The notes under the pieces: generated by a model
The model's input: only the letters and a program-made list of their open reading frames with translations
Database searches by the model: none
Told to the model about the DNA's origin: nothing
Program-made: the position numbers and the translations under genes
Assembly (NCBI GenBank): GCA_030595125.1
Contig: JAUVDV010000001.1
Coordinates: 43,861 to 107,860 of the forward strand
DNA length: 64,000 nucleotides
DNA from: Deltaproteobacteria bacterium
GTDB taxonomy: Bacteria > Myxococcota_A > Polyangia > JAAYKL01
Reading direction: 5' to 3'
Part shown: one piece after another, positions 19,543-29,270 of the stretch
Position numbering within the stretch: the first letter of the stretch is position 1
Layout: each line of letters opens with the position of its first letter

Positions 19543-19712
19543 ACCGTGTTGTTCCCGAATTATCAAGACACGGAATTACCGCTTACAGAGAGCTCATTGT
19601 TTCTCCGTGGCGCGTAATATATAGAATTGTAGAGGAAAAGGTCTACATCAAGGTCGTAGTGGATGGTCGGCGAAATTTGGAGGACCTATTGTTCAGAAGA
19701 CTGATGCGATAA
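19521..19712 (+). pseudogene. RelE/ParE toxin pseudogene
   Basis: Reads M*KTYAVNRVVPELSRHGITAYRELIVSPWRVIYRI...VVDGRRNLEDLL; stop at codon 2 and central helices missing. Confidence 0.75.
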
Positions 19713-19747
19713 CAAGCAGTTTGGGGCGCATTACGCCGATTGATTTC

Positions 19748-21073
19748 CTACTCGGGCGGCTCGTACTCGCCCTCGCAAACGCCAACTTCGAGAATGACGT
19801 ACAACAGGGCCAGTTCCTGCGGGGTCAGGGTGGCGCTAGCGGCCTGCGAGGTCTCGTACACCGAGTAGAAGACCTTGCCGCAACCCCAGTTGAAGGTGAC
19901 CATCAACGGCGCTCCCGGGTAGGCCATGTTGTCGACCACCCAGGTGTAGGGCTTGACCCAGAAGTTATCCTCTTCGAGGCCCAAACCGTTGTCCACATCG
20001 ACGGTCTCTTCGATCTTCACGTAGCCGTCTGTGAACGGGAACGAGTTGACGTTCAGCCCGGTGACCCCGGACAGCCAGTCGCGCATCTCCGTATCTTGCA
20101 CGTTGCCCGTCGTTGTGTATGCCACCCAATCGACACGGCCCACGTCGAACACATCGGTGGGATCAGTGGTTCCCATGCCGCCGTAGAAGTCGATCGGTAC
20201 CGGGAACGTGGACTCCAGCCACAGGCTCGCGCAGCATGAGTTGTACATCTTGCCGCCGTTCTCCACGTAGGTCCGCACCTTCTCGGTCTGGTTGAGGACA
20301 AAAGGTACGCCGTTGGCGTTGGACTCGCACGGCATGAACAACATGTGATACGCGTCCAGATCATCCTGGGTGGTGAAGAGGGTGGCCGACAACGGATAGC
20401 CCCCAGTCTCCGCGTCGTCGTAGGCGTCAAACACCTCGGTGCCGTATTCGAGGTGCCCCTGGACATCCACGCTGCCCAATCCGAGCTTGGCCAGCAGGTC
20501 CTGGGTCCGGTCCCACACGGCGAGGATCACCGCATAGCGGGGTATTTGATCCAGTCCGTCGCCCGAGTTCGTTGCGGGCAGGGTGGTGTACTCCTCGGGG
20601 ATCTCCAGTTCATCCTCCCCGGTGATGGTGACCGTACGCTGCCGCTGGAAGAACCCTTTGCGCGTCACTATTGTCCACTCTCCATCGGGGACGTCCTCGA
20701 TGATCCAGGTACCGTCCGCGTTCGAGAGGGTCCAGTCCTTGCCGGTCATGTCGTCGCATTCGTAGCAGTAGGCTTCGGCCGGGATCACCGGGACATCTTC
20801 GGAGGTGAGGTAGATCAGCGCGCCGGAAATCGGGATATCCCCGGTGGGGGACATCACCGTACCATTGAGCACGGCGCCCTCTGTCGGATCATCCCCGGTA
20901 TCGGTATCCGAGCCGGTATCGGTATCCGTATCGGTATCGGTATCCGTGTCGCTACCCGCGTCTTCTATGGGGTCGTTCACATGCGTATCTTCAGCGCCCG
21001 TGCAACCGATAGCCAACACCAAGAAGCAAAGAGCTACCAGTCCGATGGCCATACGCGTAGTAATCTTATCCAT
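19748..21073 (-). CDS. Lipoprotein with DT linker and carboxypeptidase-regulatory-like domain
   Basis: Lipobox AIGC; AGGAGG RBS; GTVMSPTGDIPISGALIY; DT tract at ~20896-20953. Confidence 0.7.
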   Translation of the reverse strand: MDKITTRMAIGLVALCFLVLAIGCTGAEDTHVNDPIEDAGSDTDTDTDTDTDTGSDTDTGDDPTEGAVLNGTVMSPTGDIPISGALIYLTSEDVPVIPAEAYCYECDDMTGKDWTLSNADGTWIIEDVPDGEWTIVTRKGFFQRQRTVTITGEDELEIPEEYTTLPATNSGDGLDQIPRYAVILAVWDRTQDLLAKLGLGSVDVQGHLEYGTEVFDAYDDAETGGYPLSATLFTTQDDLDAYHMLFMPCESNANGVPFVLNQTEKVRTYVENGGKMYNSCCASLWLESTFPVPIDFYGGMGTTDPTDVFDVGRVDWVAYTTTGNVQDTEMRDWLSGVTGLNVNSFPFTDGYVKIEETVDVDNGLGLEEDNFWVKPYTWVVDNMAYPGAPLMVTFNWGCGKVFYSVYETSQAASATLTPQELALLYVILEVGVCEGEYEPPE

Positions 21074-21159
21074 TGTCAGTCCTCCTTTTAACGTGAGTTC
21101 CATTAAGGAAGAGGCCCGCGGATGACAAAGGAGGTCAAAAAAAAGCAGTAATGATCCTG

Positions 21160-22056
21160 TCAGAAATTGACGGTTTGATCGGCCATATCCATGAGGGTCT
21201 GCGCGTCGATCGAAGATATGCTCGCCGGCCAGTAGGTGACCGCGGTGAAATCTTCACCGGTGAGTAATGTAAAGAATACGCACGCGGCCAGATACGAGCC
21301 GTAGATGGAGGGATGGCTACCGTCGCTGTCATGGAGATCGATGGCCGGATATGCGGCGATAGTTGCCTCCCAGGCGTCTCCCACCGGCGCGAAGATTCCG
21401 CCCGTGTCGTTCGCGGCATTCGTGTACGCGGTCCTCAGGCCTGCCTGCATCGATGTCGGATCATAACCCGCCAGATCGGTGGAATAGAGTGTATTGCCGG
21501 CCTCCCTGGCCCATGTTTCGAAGAACACGGGCTGGGCTCCCGCTGTGGTGGCAGCGGCACCGAGGGCAATGGCCGCGTTGTAAAATGTGGTGTAGTCCAC
21601 GAGAGCCAGATAACTTTGTTCTTGAAGCACGACGTAATCCCATTCGCCGTTTGCGATGGTGTCCATGGTCGACGCCGTGTTCAAGTGATGTTGTAGCCAC
21701 ATCCCACCACCGGTGATCGTCTGAACCTCGACTTGCGGCGAGTATCCCGCAGAATCCGCAATGTCCTTGAAGAGTGTATGGAGCGAGTTCGCAGCAGTGT
21801 AGCTGTTGCCGATAAAGAGCACACGGTTGCTCGTGTCGCCGCCGTCCGGCCCGCCGTCGTCATCTGTGTCAGTATCCGAGTCGGTATCCGAATCGGTGTC
21901 CGAGTCAGTATCCGAATCGGTATCGCCGTCCGAATCCGAGTCGGTGTCAGTGTCGGTGGACGCGTCCAATCCGCCGTCGGAATCTCCATTCGAGCCGTTA
22001 GAACAAGCGGACGCTAAAAGCAGAGCAGTAACAACAATTAAAAGTGAATTGTTCAT
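21160..22056 (-). CDS. SGNH/GDSL hydrolase lipoprotein with DS/DT linker
   Basis: Lipobox ASAC; RVLFIGNSYT, WDYVVLQEQS, DGSHPS; linker at ~21860-21957. Confidence 0.8.
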   Translation of the reverse strand: MNNSLLIVVTALLLASACSNGSNGDSDGGLDASTDTDTDSDSDGDTDSDTDSDTDSDTDSDTDTDDDGGPDGGDTSNRVLFIGNSYTAANSLHTLFKDIADSAGYSPQVEVQTITGGGMWLQHHLNTASTMDTIANGEWDYVVLQEQSYLALVDYTTFYNAAIALGAAATTAGAQPVFFETWAREAGNTLYSTDLAGYDPTSMQAGLRTAYTNAANDTGGIFAPVGDAWEATIAAYPAIDLHDSDGSHPSIYGSYLAACVFFTLLTGEDFTAVTYWPASISSIDAQTLMDMADQTVNF

Positions 22057-22065
22057 GTGTTACCT

Positions 22066-23352
22066 CTAAAGGTCGTCGTAGGCCACGCGCGCAGAGATCA
22101 TTTCTCCGATTTCGCTCATGGCCGGTGACCAGTCGGCGTTGCAGATGGAAGTAACGTAACCGAGCTCACCGTACATCCCGGCCAGTTCGACCAGCCTGCG
22201 CGCTGGATATCCGTTATGGACGGCGGGAATGGAGCAGGCGGGCTCGAAGGTCCAGATATCGCTTGTATTCTGGGTCTCGACGAACTGCATGGCAGGATCG
22301 GCAAGGCAGTCCCCGGCGTCGAAGGTCGATCCCTGGCAGACGTCGATCTGCGGGACTCCGGTGATCGCTGCGAACAGCACTGCACCCTCCACCTGGTCCT
22401 TGATCGAGGCGAACGCATCGTGAAAGTGGCTGACAGTGTAGAGAAACTCCGGGTGATTGCCGCCGGCGAGCCAGACCCTGTTCTGGAAATCATCAGTTGC
22501 AAACAATCCGGGCCCGTCCTCGATCGAGCCCTCGTGGTCGTCCGTGAACACGATTATGGCCAGCAGCTTGTTATCGCGAACGAAGTCTGTCTGATCCGGA
22601 TTCGTGAGCGCCATTTTTGCCGACTGAAGCTGCTGCTTCCAGCTACAGCCATCGCCCACGTTGGCCAGGCAGGCCGCGTGCAGTGCCAGTTCGCCGCTCG
22701 TGGAGCCCGAAGTAGCGGGATCGATCCAGGAGTCGCCCGATCCGTAGAGGCTGACGGGACAGGCAAGGGAGGTTGCGTCTCCGCTCGGCGCGGCGCAGGC
22801 GCCGATTTCGTCCGTTCCAATGTCGGCACACGCCCAACCGGCTGGACACTGGACCTCTGATATATCGCAGGGAATCGCCTCGTCGATCAGCGTCACGTCG
22901 CCGTCTCTTGATTCCAGGACGAAGCGCCCCCAGTCGCCCGTCGATCCCCAACTCATGGCCAGATTCGGCGGGGCACCATTATCCTCTGTGCATGGGATAC
23001 CCGCCCATGAGTAGCTCAGATCGGTGGTAACCACGGCCAGGCGCAGGTCGTCGATCGAGTCGTACGCGCTTCCCGGCAGCGGGTCGACGATCTGTGTTAG
23101 CAGGGAAAAGAGCGAAGTGGCGTGCCGTACGCGCCAGATGTCGGGCGACAAGCCGCTCTCCACTACCAGCAGGATATCCACACCGTCGAGTTGATCCAAG
23201 GTGCCCGCGTCCGCGCCGCCGTCGACACCGGCATCTACTGTTGCCTTGTCAGCTTTCCCACAGCCGATCAGGGACGCGCACATCAGCAATGCAACTGTGG
23301 TCAAGACAAAACCCGATAACAGCCAACTGCCTTCAAATAGCGATTTCTTCAT
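22066..23352 (-). CDS. Cys-rich vWA-like lipoprotein
   Basis: Lipobox LIGC; VDILLVV, LRLAVVTTDL, LAIIVFTDD; resembles 18239 ORF architecture. Confidence 0.6.
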   Translation of the reverse strand: MKKSLFEGSWLLSGFVLTTVALLMCASLIGCGKADKATVDAGVDGGADAGTLDQLDGVDILLVVESGLSPDIWRVRHATSLFSLLTQIVDPLPGSAYDSIDDLRLAVVTTDLSYSWAGIPCTEDNGAPPNLAMSWGSTGDWGRFVLESRDGDVTLIDEAIPCDISEVQCPAGWACADIGTDEIGACAAPSGDATSLACPVSLYGSGDSWIDPATSGSTSGELALHAACLANVGDGCSWKQQLQSAKMALTNPDQTDFVRDNKLLAIIVFTDDHEGSIEDGPGLFATDDFQNRVWLAGGNHPEFLYTVSHFHDAFASIKDQVEGAVLFAAITGVPQIDVCQGSTFDAGDCLADPAMQFVETQNTSDIWTFEPACSIPAVHNGYPARRLVELAGMYGELGYVTSICNADWSPAMSEIGEMISARVAYDDL

Positions 23353-23472
23353 CCACCTGCTCCTACATGCGCATGCCACAATGATTTACCTTATCTACAT
23401 ATAGTAAGTCTTCGGCCACAAGATTGCCGGATTTTTTTTTGTATTGTCTTCATTAAAAAAGCCGTTGGCTAA

Positions 23473-23488
23473 ATATAATTAATTATAT
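23473..23488. promoter_or_regulatory. Perfect 16-bp palindrome ATATAATTAATTATAT abutting a TTGACT -35 box
   Basis: Palindrome read directly; TTGACT at 23491-23496; upstream of HTH-containing gene. Confidence 0.55.
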
Positions 23489-23540
23489 AGTTGACTTTAT
23501 TTATATTGCGATCAATTATATGGCAATACTTGGGGAAAGG

Positions 23541-23915
23541 ATGAAACAAATGTCCAAACTGGTTACACAATGTCCCGCATGCAAGGACAAGCTCCTGGTG
23601 ACGCGTCTGAGCTGTACGAGTTGCGATCTACAGCTCGAGGGTCAGTTCGAGATACCCGGATTGCTGAGTCTGGACCCCGGCGATCTCGATTTTGTTCTCA
23701 AATTCGTCAGGGCGTCGGGTAGCCTCAAGGAGATGGCGAGCATCGAGGGGCAGAGTTACCCGACGATCCGCGCCCGGCTCAACGATATCATCGCCCGGCT
23801 CGACGACGCTCCCAACCCGGCGGAGATGAGGCAACACGAGATCCTCGACGCCATCGCCTCCGGATCGATGACGGCCGCTCAGGGAGCAGCCAGATTGAAG
23901 GAGGTGAAGCGATGA
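23541..23915 (+). CDS. DUF2089-family protein (Zn ribbon + HTH)
   Basis: CPAC...LSCTSC, FVRASGSLKEMA...SYPTIRARL signature. Confidence 0.8.
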   Translation: MKQMSKLVTQCPACKDKLLVTRLSCTSCDLQLEGQFEIPGLLSLDPGDLDFVLKFVRASGSLKEMASIEGQSYPTIRARLNDIIARLDDAPNPAEMRQHEILDAIASGSMTAAQGAARLKEVKR

Positions 23916-24598
23916 ACGACGCAAAGAGAAAGGTGCTCGACATGGTCGAGCAGGGCAAGATCTCGCCCGGCGAGGGGGACTCCCTCCTTTGCGCCATGAG
24001 TGACAAAAAGCGGTTTGGTTTCAAGACTCTATTCAATCCCTACGAGCGCGTTGGAACCCTGCCCGGCATCATTGTGGGGCTTGTTGTGGCGGCAGCTTCG
24101 GTGGGCGTGGCCATGTACATGAACGTGCGGTACGACGGCTTCATGGATATCCATATGGGCGCGGGTCGGGTTGCGGTCGGGGTGGCAATTGTCGACCAGC
24201 TGATTGTGTGGCCTGTATCAGCATTGATACTCTGGTTGGTAGCGCTGCCATTCGCACGAAAGAGCCGGTTCGTCGATTTTTTGGCAGTGCTGGGAATTGC
24301 CCGGGTGCTCCAGTTGATCGGCGGCCTCACGCTGCCGCCGTTGACCCCCGACCTTGAAGTGATGGCGCGAATGGCGTCGGATCCCATATCAGCTGCGGGG
24401 GAGATAACTGGAATGATCCCCATGATCATCGTGGCGGTGGTGATTATCTCATGGTTCATCGCTACTCTGGTGTTCGCCTTCCGCCACGCCTCGGGGCTGC
24501 GGGGAGGCAAACTGGCCATCGCATTCATCATCGGCATTTTCGTTGCCGAGGCCGTCTCAAAGTTACTTCTTAACTTCGCCGCCGTTTTGGACGTTTAA
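23912..24598 (+). CDS. Membrane protein, SHOCT-like N-terminus with Yip1-like TM region
   Basis: KVLDMVEQGKISPGEGDSLL; five TM segments; 4-bp overlap with previous gene. Confidence 0.6.
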   Translation: MNDAKRKVLDMVEQGKISPGEGDSLLCAMSDKKRFGFKTLFNPYERVGTLPGIIVGLVVAAASVGVAMYMNVRYDGFMDIHMGAGRVAVGVAIVDQLIVWPVSALILWLVALPFARKSRFVDFLAVLGIARVLQLIGGLTLPPLTPDLEVMARMASDPISAAGEITGMIPMIIVAVVIISWFIATLVFAFRHASGLRGGKLAIAFIIGIFVAEAVSKLLLNFAAVLDV

Positions 24599-24663
24599 TC
24601 ATCGGTGGAAAAATCCCCTTTTCCCGGCCTCATTTTGAGGTATAACTTGTGAAGGGGGGAAAT

Positions 24664-25029
24664 ATGGGAGTCACCTACAAGATAGATACCGCCAAGAATA
24701 TGATCCGTGTAATCGTGTCGGGTAAGACGGATGCGTCCGATTGGATCAACTGTTTTACAGAACTCAGAGACCACGAACTCAAAAAAGATGACATGAACAT
24801 GCTCCTCGATGCCAGGGAACACGAAAGTGTCGTTGATACCAAGACCGTTCTTGCCGTGACAAATTTGAGCACCATCAGGGCGACGCCGATCAAGTTGGCC
24901 TTTCTGGTTTCAAGAGTTGTGTCCGTGGGAATGGCGAATATGGCCTCCTCCCATCTGGAAAAAAAGAACATCCATACCAGGATTTTCGAGGACGAGAAGG
25001 AAGCCGAGGATTGGTTGCAGGGGGATTAG
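24664..25029 (+). CDS. Hypothetical STAS/SpoIIAA-like small protein
   Basis: MLLDARE...KLAFLV...IFEDEKEAEDWL C-terminal pattern. Confidence 0.55.
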   Translation: MGVTYKIDTAKNMIRVIVSGKTDASDWINCFTELRDHELKKDDMNMLLDAREHESVVDTKTVLAVTNLSTIRATPIKLAFLVSRVVSVGMANMASSHLEKKNIHTRIFEDEKEAEDWLQGD

Positions 25030-25047
25030 AGGAGGCCGACTCCGGGT

Positions 25048-26220
25048 TCATTTGTCCATCAGGAACCCGGCCACTGCCAGCAACTGACTGATCTGCTTTC
25101 CCGCCCGACCGGTAAGGGCGAGTTTTTTGGGCGTCAGGTTCTCGAAGCGCACGACCTCTTGCAGATGACCGCACTTGCCCCGGGTCACGTTGGTGTAGAT
25201 CGCCTTGAGGAAGAAGCCCACCGGCTCACCTCCGACAGTTCGTGAGAAGAGGTCCAGGGTGCTGCGATTCCATGTGATCAATAGATGATCGGGGTTCGCA
25301 AACCGCCGCCAGTCTTTTTTGAAATTCTCGAGATCAACCGCACGGTGAAATTGCTCGCGGCCAAGCCCCATCAGCTCCAGGCGATCCGCGGTGAAAGTTG
25401 CGCCCGGGGGGGGAACGATGAACCGCTCGAATACCTCACCGTCGTCAATGCGGACGGCCGCCCACGACACGAGCGCCCGGCCGACTCCCGGATGTGGCAC
25501 CGACTCACCGTATGCGATGATCACTCGCTTGAGCCCGCCGCGCAGGCCGGCCGGAATCGACTGATCTTCTCGTTGCCGGGGCCTCTTTTCTCTTCTGCTC
25601 GTGGGATCCTTGCTGCGGGACAGGCAATATTCCACCTGTTCGTCGATCATCGAGTCGAAGACATCGATGAGGGATTCGAGGCCCTGGGTCTCCGGCTCCA
25701 GTATTTGAAGCGATTGCACGATGGCTTCGATAGTGGAGACTGACTCCGTGCTCGGCTCGGCCCTTATCCGGTACCTGCTCGGCGCCGTGGGGCTCAGCGA
25801 GTATCGGGGAAGTTTCCCCAGCCAGGGGTTGTCTCGCAGAAGATGCCTCGCGTCGGACCAGGAGCCGTCGAGCACTACCAGCTGATCGGGTCGTTCGTCT
25901 TCGCAAACCTGCGATAAATCCCGCGCATCCTCGCCGGGGTATAGCAATCCGGCTCTTCTGAGGGGAATGGGGGCGCAGGTGAACCGGCCGTTTTCATCCG
26001 GCAACACCACCCGCAGATTCACACGGTCCAGGCCGAGGACGGCGATACGCGCCGTGCCGACAGGATGCAGGTGCTCGCACTTGTGCTGGAGGATGAGAAC
26101 CTCCGTCTTGTTTTTTACCCGGACCAGGTTTTCGCAGATGCATACGACTTTCGGTTTGAAGCAACGGTAGCAGACCTCGCGTGTTTCGATGCCGTCATGT
26201 ATGCCGTCCTTCGCGTTCAT
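25048..26220 (-). CDS. DTW-domain tRNA aminocarboxypropyltransferase-like protein with extra C-terminal domain
   Basis: CYRCFKPKVVCIC, ILQH, LLYP, VVLDGSW, YRIR, STIEA motifs; ~170 extra C-terminal residues. Confidence 0.8.
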   Translation of the reverse strand: MNAKDGIHDGIETREVCYRCFKPKVVCICENLVRVKNKTEVLILQHKCEHLHPVGTARIAVLGLDRVNLRVVLPDENGRFTCAPIPLRRAGLLYPGEDARDLSQVCEDERPDQLVVLDGSWSDARHLLRDNPWLGKLPRYSLSPTAPSRYRIRAEPSTESVSTIEAIVQSLQILEPETQGLESLIDVFDSMIDEQVEYCLSRSKDPTSRREKRPRQREDQSIPAGLRGGLKRVIIAYGESVPHPGVGRALVSWAAVRIDDGEVFERFIVPPPGATFTADRLELMGLGREQFHRAVDLENFKKDWRRFANPDHLLITWNRSTLDLFSRTVGGEPVGFFLKAIYTNVTRGKCGHLQEVVRFENLTPKKLALTGRAGKQISQLLAVAGFLMDK

Positions 26221-26327
26221 GATGAGAGCATTACCACGGTTGCGCAGCGCCGTGGAAATGCATATTGGAGCTGTTGATAGTTGTGCGCATTCCTCCGATC
26301 GGCGAAAATAGATGTACGGAGGAACAA

Positions 26328-28322
26328 ATGAAACGAATTATCCCTTTCTCGGTATTGATCATTTGCTGGGGCTGCAGCAACCCCGCGCCGGACCCTTTCC
26401 AGAACGTGGATGGAGGAACGGACACAGATACCGACACGGATACCGACGTTGACACTGATGTAGACACGGACACGGACACGGACACCGACACGGACACGGA
26501 TACCGACACGGATACCGACACGGACACCGACACGGACACAGATACCGACACGGACACCTGCGTGGATCAGAGTTATCAGCAATGCGGCGCGGACGGCGAC
26601 GTACACTGGTATGACTCGTGCGATGTCGAGGGCACTGTCGCCGACGATTGTCACGACACCAACGGTTTTTGCGTGGACCTCACCACCGCGACGGCGGAGT
26701 GTCAGTGCGAGGGGAACTGGGACATCACGACGGGTTGCACCAGCTGCGAGGACCAATGGATCGATGCGGGCGACGACTGCGGCACGTGTCCTCCCAACTG
26801 GGACGTGTCATCGGGTTGCACCGGTTGTCTCCCCGGATGGGCGGAGGTGGATTGCGAGACCTGCGTGCGCTACGTCAATCTCGGATCCACAGTGGGCAGC
26901 CCCGACGGCACGACATGGGCTCTGGCGTTCACCGAAGTGCAGGCGGGCATCGACGCTGCTGCTGCTGCCGTGTCGTCCAGCGTGGATATAGACGACTGTG
27001 AAGTCTGGGTGGCGCAAGGGGTTTACTACACCTACTCATCGGCGGTAGCCGACACGGTCGCCATGGCTTCAAATGTTCATATATACGGCGGTTTTCTGGG
27101 GGGTGAGACGCGCAAGTCCCAGCGGGATTTCGAGGTGAACGAAACCGTCCTGAGCGGCTGCGACGATCTATCCTGCGCAGATCGTGTCGTTCACGTGGTG
27201 ACGGGGGCGGACGACGCGACGCTGGACGGCTTCATCGTAGCCGATGGAGATGCGGGGGGCGCCCATGGGGGTGGGATGTTCAACATAGGGGTATCACCTT
27301 CGGTTGCCAACTGCGTATTCGCTCAAAACCTCGCGGACAACCGCGGTGGCGCAGTTTACAGCGAGAACTCTTCGCTGAGCTTCACCAACTGCATCTTCGC
27401 CGGCAACATAAGCAACGAGGGGGGCGCGGTTCAGAACCGCATTGACGGCACCCCCACCTTCTCGGATTGCGTTTTTTCGGGGAACACCGGGGGACGCGCA
27501 GGGGCGGTCTACAACAGGGATAATGTCGTCTCCACTTTCGATAACATCATTTTCGCGGGTAACTTCGTGGACGACAGGAGTGGCGGACTCTACAGCGAGG
27601 ACAATTGCACAACTGTCGTGACGAACGCCGTCTTCACGGGCAACGTGGGGCAAGAAGGCGGCGGTGTCCAGTACAGGGGAGGCGGTGACAACACCTTCGC
27701 CAACTGCACCTTCACGGGAAACTGGTCGAACAACAACGGTGGAGCCATCCATTACCGGGACGCCGCCACGAACGTAACCGTGACCAATTCAATCTTTTGG
27801 AACGACATCCCCGCGGAGCTTTTCGACGACAACGGCGGGGTGATGACGATGACCTACAGCGACTTCGACGGCGGGTACACGGGCGTCGGCAACGTCGATG
27901 TCGATCCCGATTTCGTGGGGGATGTCCTCGACTCGGGTACATGGCTCACCGTTACGTACGTTGCCGGTGACTACAAGACCGAGCTTCATGATTCGTCAGC
28001 CTCGTGGCCTCCCGGAGAGCTCGACGGCCTCTTCGTCCTTCCCAAGACGGGGGAATACGTGCGGCTCTGGATCGTGAACAACACCATCGACACCATTTAT
28101 CTGTGGGGGGACATGACCTCGTTCGTCGGGGGCGGTGATTCCTACGAGATCTACGACCTGCACCTCGACGCAGGGTCGGGATGCATCGATATTGCGAACG
28201 GGGACGCGGCGCCCACGCTGGATATCGACGGCAACCCCCGCGTCGACGATCCGGCCACTACCGCTGTCGGAGCAGGCACCCCCGCATACACCGACATGGG
28301 CGCCTTCGAGTATCAGATCTAG
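26328..28322 (+). CDS. Lipoprotein: DT linker, Cys-rich EGF-like region and right-handed beta-helix (Pmp-like GGA/FxxN repeats)
   Basis: Lipobox CWGC; GGAGG RBS; repeated GGAV/FxGN; C-terminal DMGAFEY. Confidence 0.8.
   Translation: MKRIIPFSVLIICWGCSNPAPDPFQNVDGGTDTDTDTDTDVDTDVDTDTDTDTDTDTDTDTDTDTDTDTDTDTDTDTCVDQSYQQCGADGDVHWYDSCDVEGTVADDCHDTNGFCVDLTTATAECQCEGNWDITTGCTSCEDQWIDAGDDCGTCPPNWDVSSGCTGCLPGWAEVDCETCVRYVNLGSTVGSPDGTTWALAFTEVQAGIDAAAAAVSSSVDIDDCEVWVAQGVYYTYSSAVADTVAMASNVHIYGGFLGGETRKSQRDFEVNETVLSGCDDLSCADRVVHVVTGADDATLDGFIVADGDAGGAHGGGMFNIGVSPSVANCVFAQNLADNRGGAVYSENSSLSFTNCIFAGNISNEGGAVQNRIDGTPTFSDCVFSGNTGGRAGAVYNRDNVVSTFDNIIFAGNFVDDRSGGLYSEDNCTTVVTNAVFTGNVGQEGGGVQYRGGGDNTFANCTFTGNWSNNNGGAIHYRDAATNVTVTNSIFWNDIPAELFDDNGGVMTMTYSDFDGGYTGVGNVDVDPDFVGDVLDSGTWLTVTYVAGDYKTELHDSSASWPPGELDGLFVLPKTGEYVRLWIVNNTIDTIYLWGDMTSFVGGGDSYEIYDLHLDAGSGCIDIANGDAAPTLDIDGNPRVDDPATTAVGAGTPAYTDMGAFEYQI
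26418..26558 (+). repeat. Tandem Asp-Thr-encoding repeat
   Basis: About 23 hexamer units GAC/GAT-ACN. Confidence 0.95.
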
Positions 28323-28397
28323 TGCCATTTCCATTACTGAAGTGGAAACCGAATTAATCCGCAGGTCTCTTTGGCGGATAAATCCATTTTCTGTTAC

Positions 28398-28440
28398 CTC
28401 ATTTGACGATACAATGTCTTCTGGAGGGGCAAATTTGTCG
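28398..28440 (+). promoter_or_regulatory. Conserved promoter/leader element, copy B (TACAAT -10)
   Basis: 34/43 identity with 4447-4489. Confidence 0.55.
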
Positions 28441-28481
28441 TCGTTCACCGTCGCACCACCGCCATTCGTGAGGAGTTCGCC

Positions 28482-29255
28482 ATGAAGGTAACGCTGTATA
28501 TATCATTGGCACTCGTTGTTTTGTCGTTGAGCAGTATGGCGAAAGCGCAGCCGGCCAAGGTTGTATACATACCCATCGAGGATGAACAGCCGGTGGAGCC
28601 TGAGGAAGATGTTCCCTCCGAAACCGATTCCAAGGACACGGAGAAAAAAGAGCCCAAGGCGCAAAGCGAAACCAAAGCAGAGGCGGAGACCGAGCCAGCG
28701 GTCGAGCCGGCGCCCGTCCATGAGCTGGAACCCGTTGCCGAGCCGGTTGAGCCCAAAAGAGTTGATAAGGTCGCCGATTCCGAGCCGAAACCCGAGGTTT
28801 TGTTTACACCGGTAGCTGGAGAGGAAGTTGTGGACAGGCCATCGGCATGGTCCCCGGGTGAACCTCTTCCGGGTACAACGGCGTCGTGCGATCCTTATGA
28901 CAACGTGGCTTTCTATCTCGGTGATTCGCCAAAGCTGAAAATTCAATACAATGAGTATATTCGGGAAAACGGTAGTCCGGATGGATTCGCCCTGGCGCTT
29001 CAGAGAAAATTTCGCCGTAAACGGGCCGGAGGAACCGTTCTGATGATACCGGCTGTTGCTCTGATGCTCGGTTCGTTTGCTCTGGGATTCATGTATGGCT
29101 TGACCGAAGAGTTGGAGTTTCTCGCGATCGGTGTCGGGGTCGAGCTGGTAGGAGTGGCCTTTCTCATTCCTGGGATCATCAATCTTGTTAAGGGAAAGAG
29201 GGGCGTCAAACGTATTGAACAGGCACTTGATCGTCAGTGTAGCAATGGTGAATAG
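28482..29255 (+). CDS. Hypothetical exported protein with Glu/Pro-rich linker and C-terminal TM pair
   Basis: AGGAG RBS; signal peptide AKA-Q; low-complexity E/P region. Confidence 0.6.
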   Translation: MKVTLYISLALVVLSLSSMAKAQPAKVVYIPIEDEQPVEPEEDVPSETDSKDTEKKEPKAQSETKAEAETEPAVEPAPVHELEPVAEPVEPKRVDKVADSEPKPEVLFTPVAGEEVVDRPSAWSPGEPLPGTTASCDPYDNVAFYLGDSPKLKIQYNEYIRENGSPDGFALALQRKFRRKRAGGTVLMIPAVALMLGSFALGFMYGLTEELEFLAIGVGVELVGVAFLIPGIINLVKGKRGVKRIEQALDRQCSNGE

Positions 29256-29270
29256 CGAAAGGGAATTTTC

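Noticed and set aside
19706-19745. attC site after the toxin pseudogene (TAACAAGCAGTT...)
   Set aside because: Poor RYYYAAC match and no complementary GTTRRRY arm before the next gene
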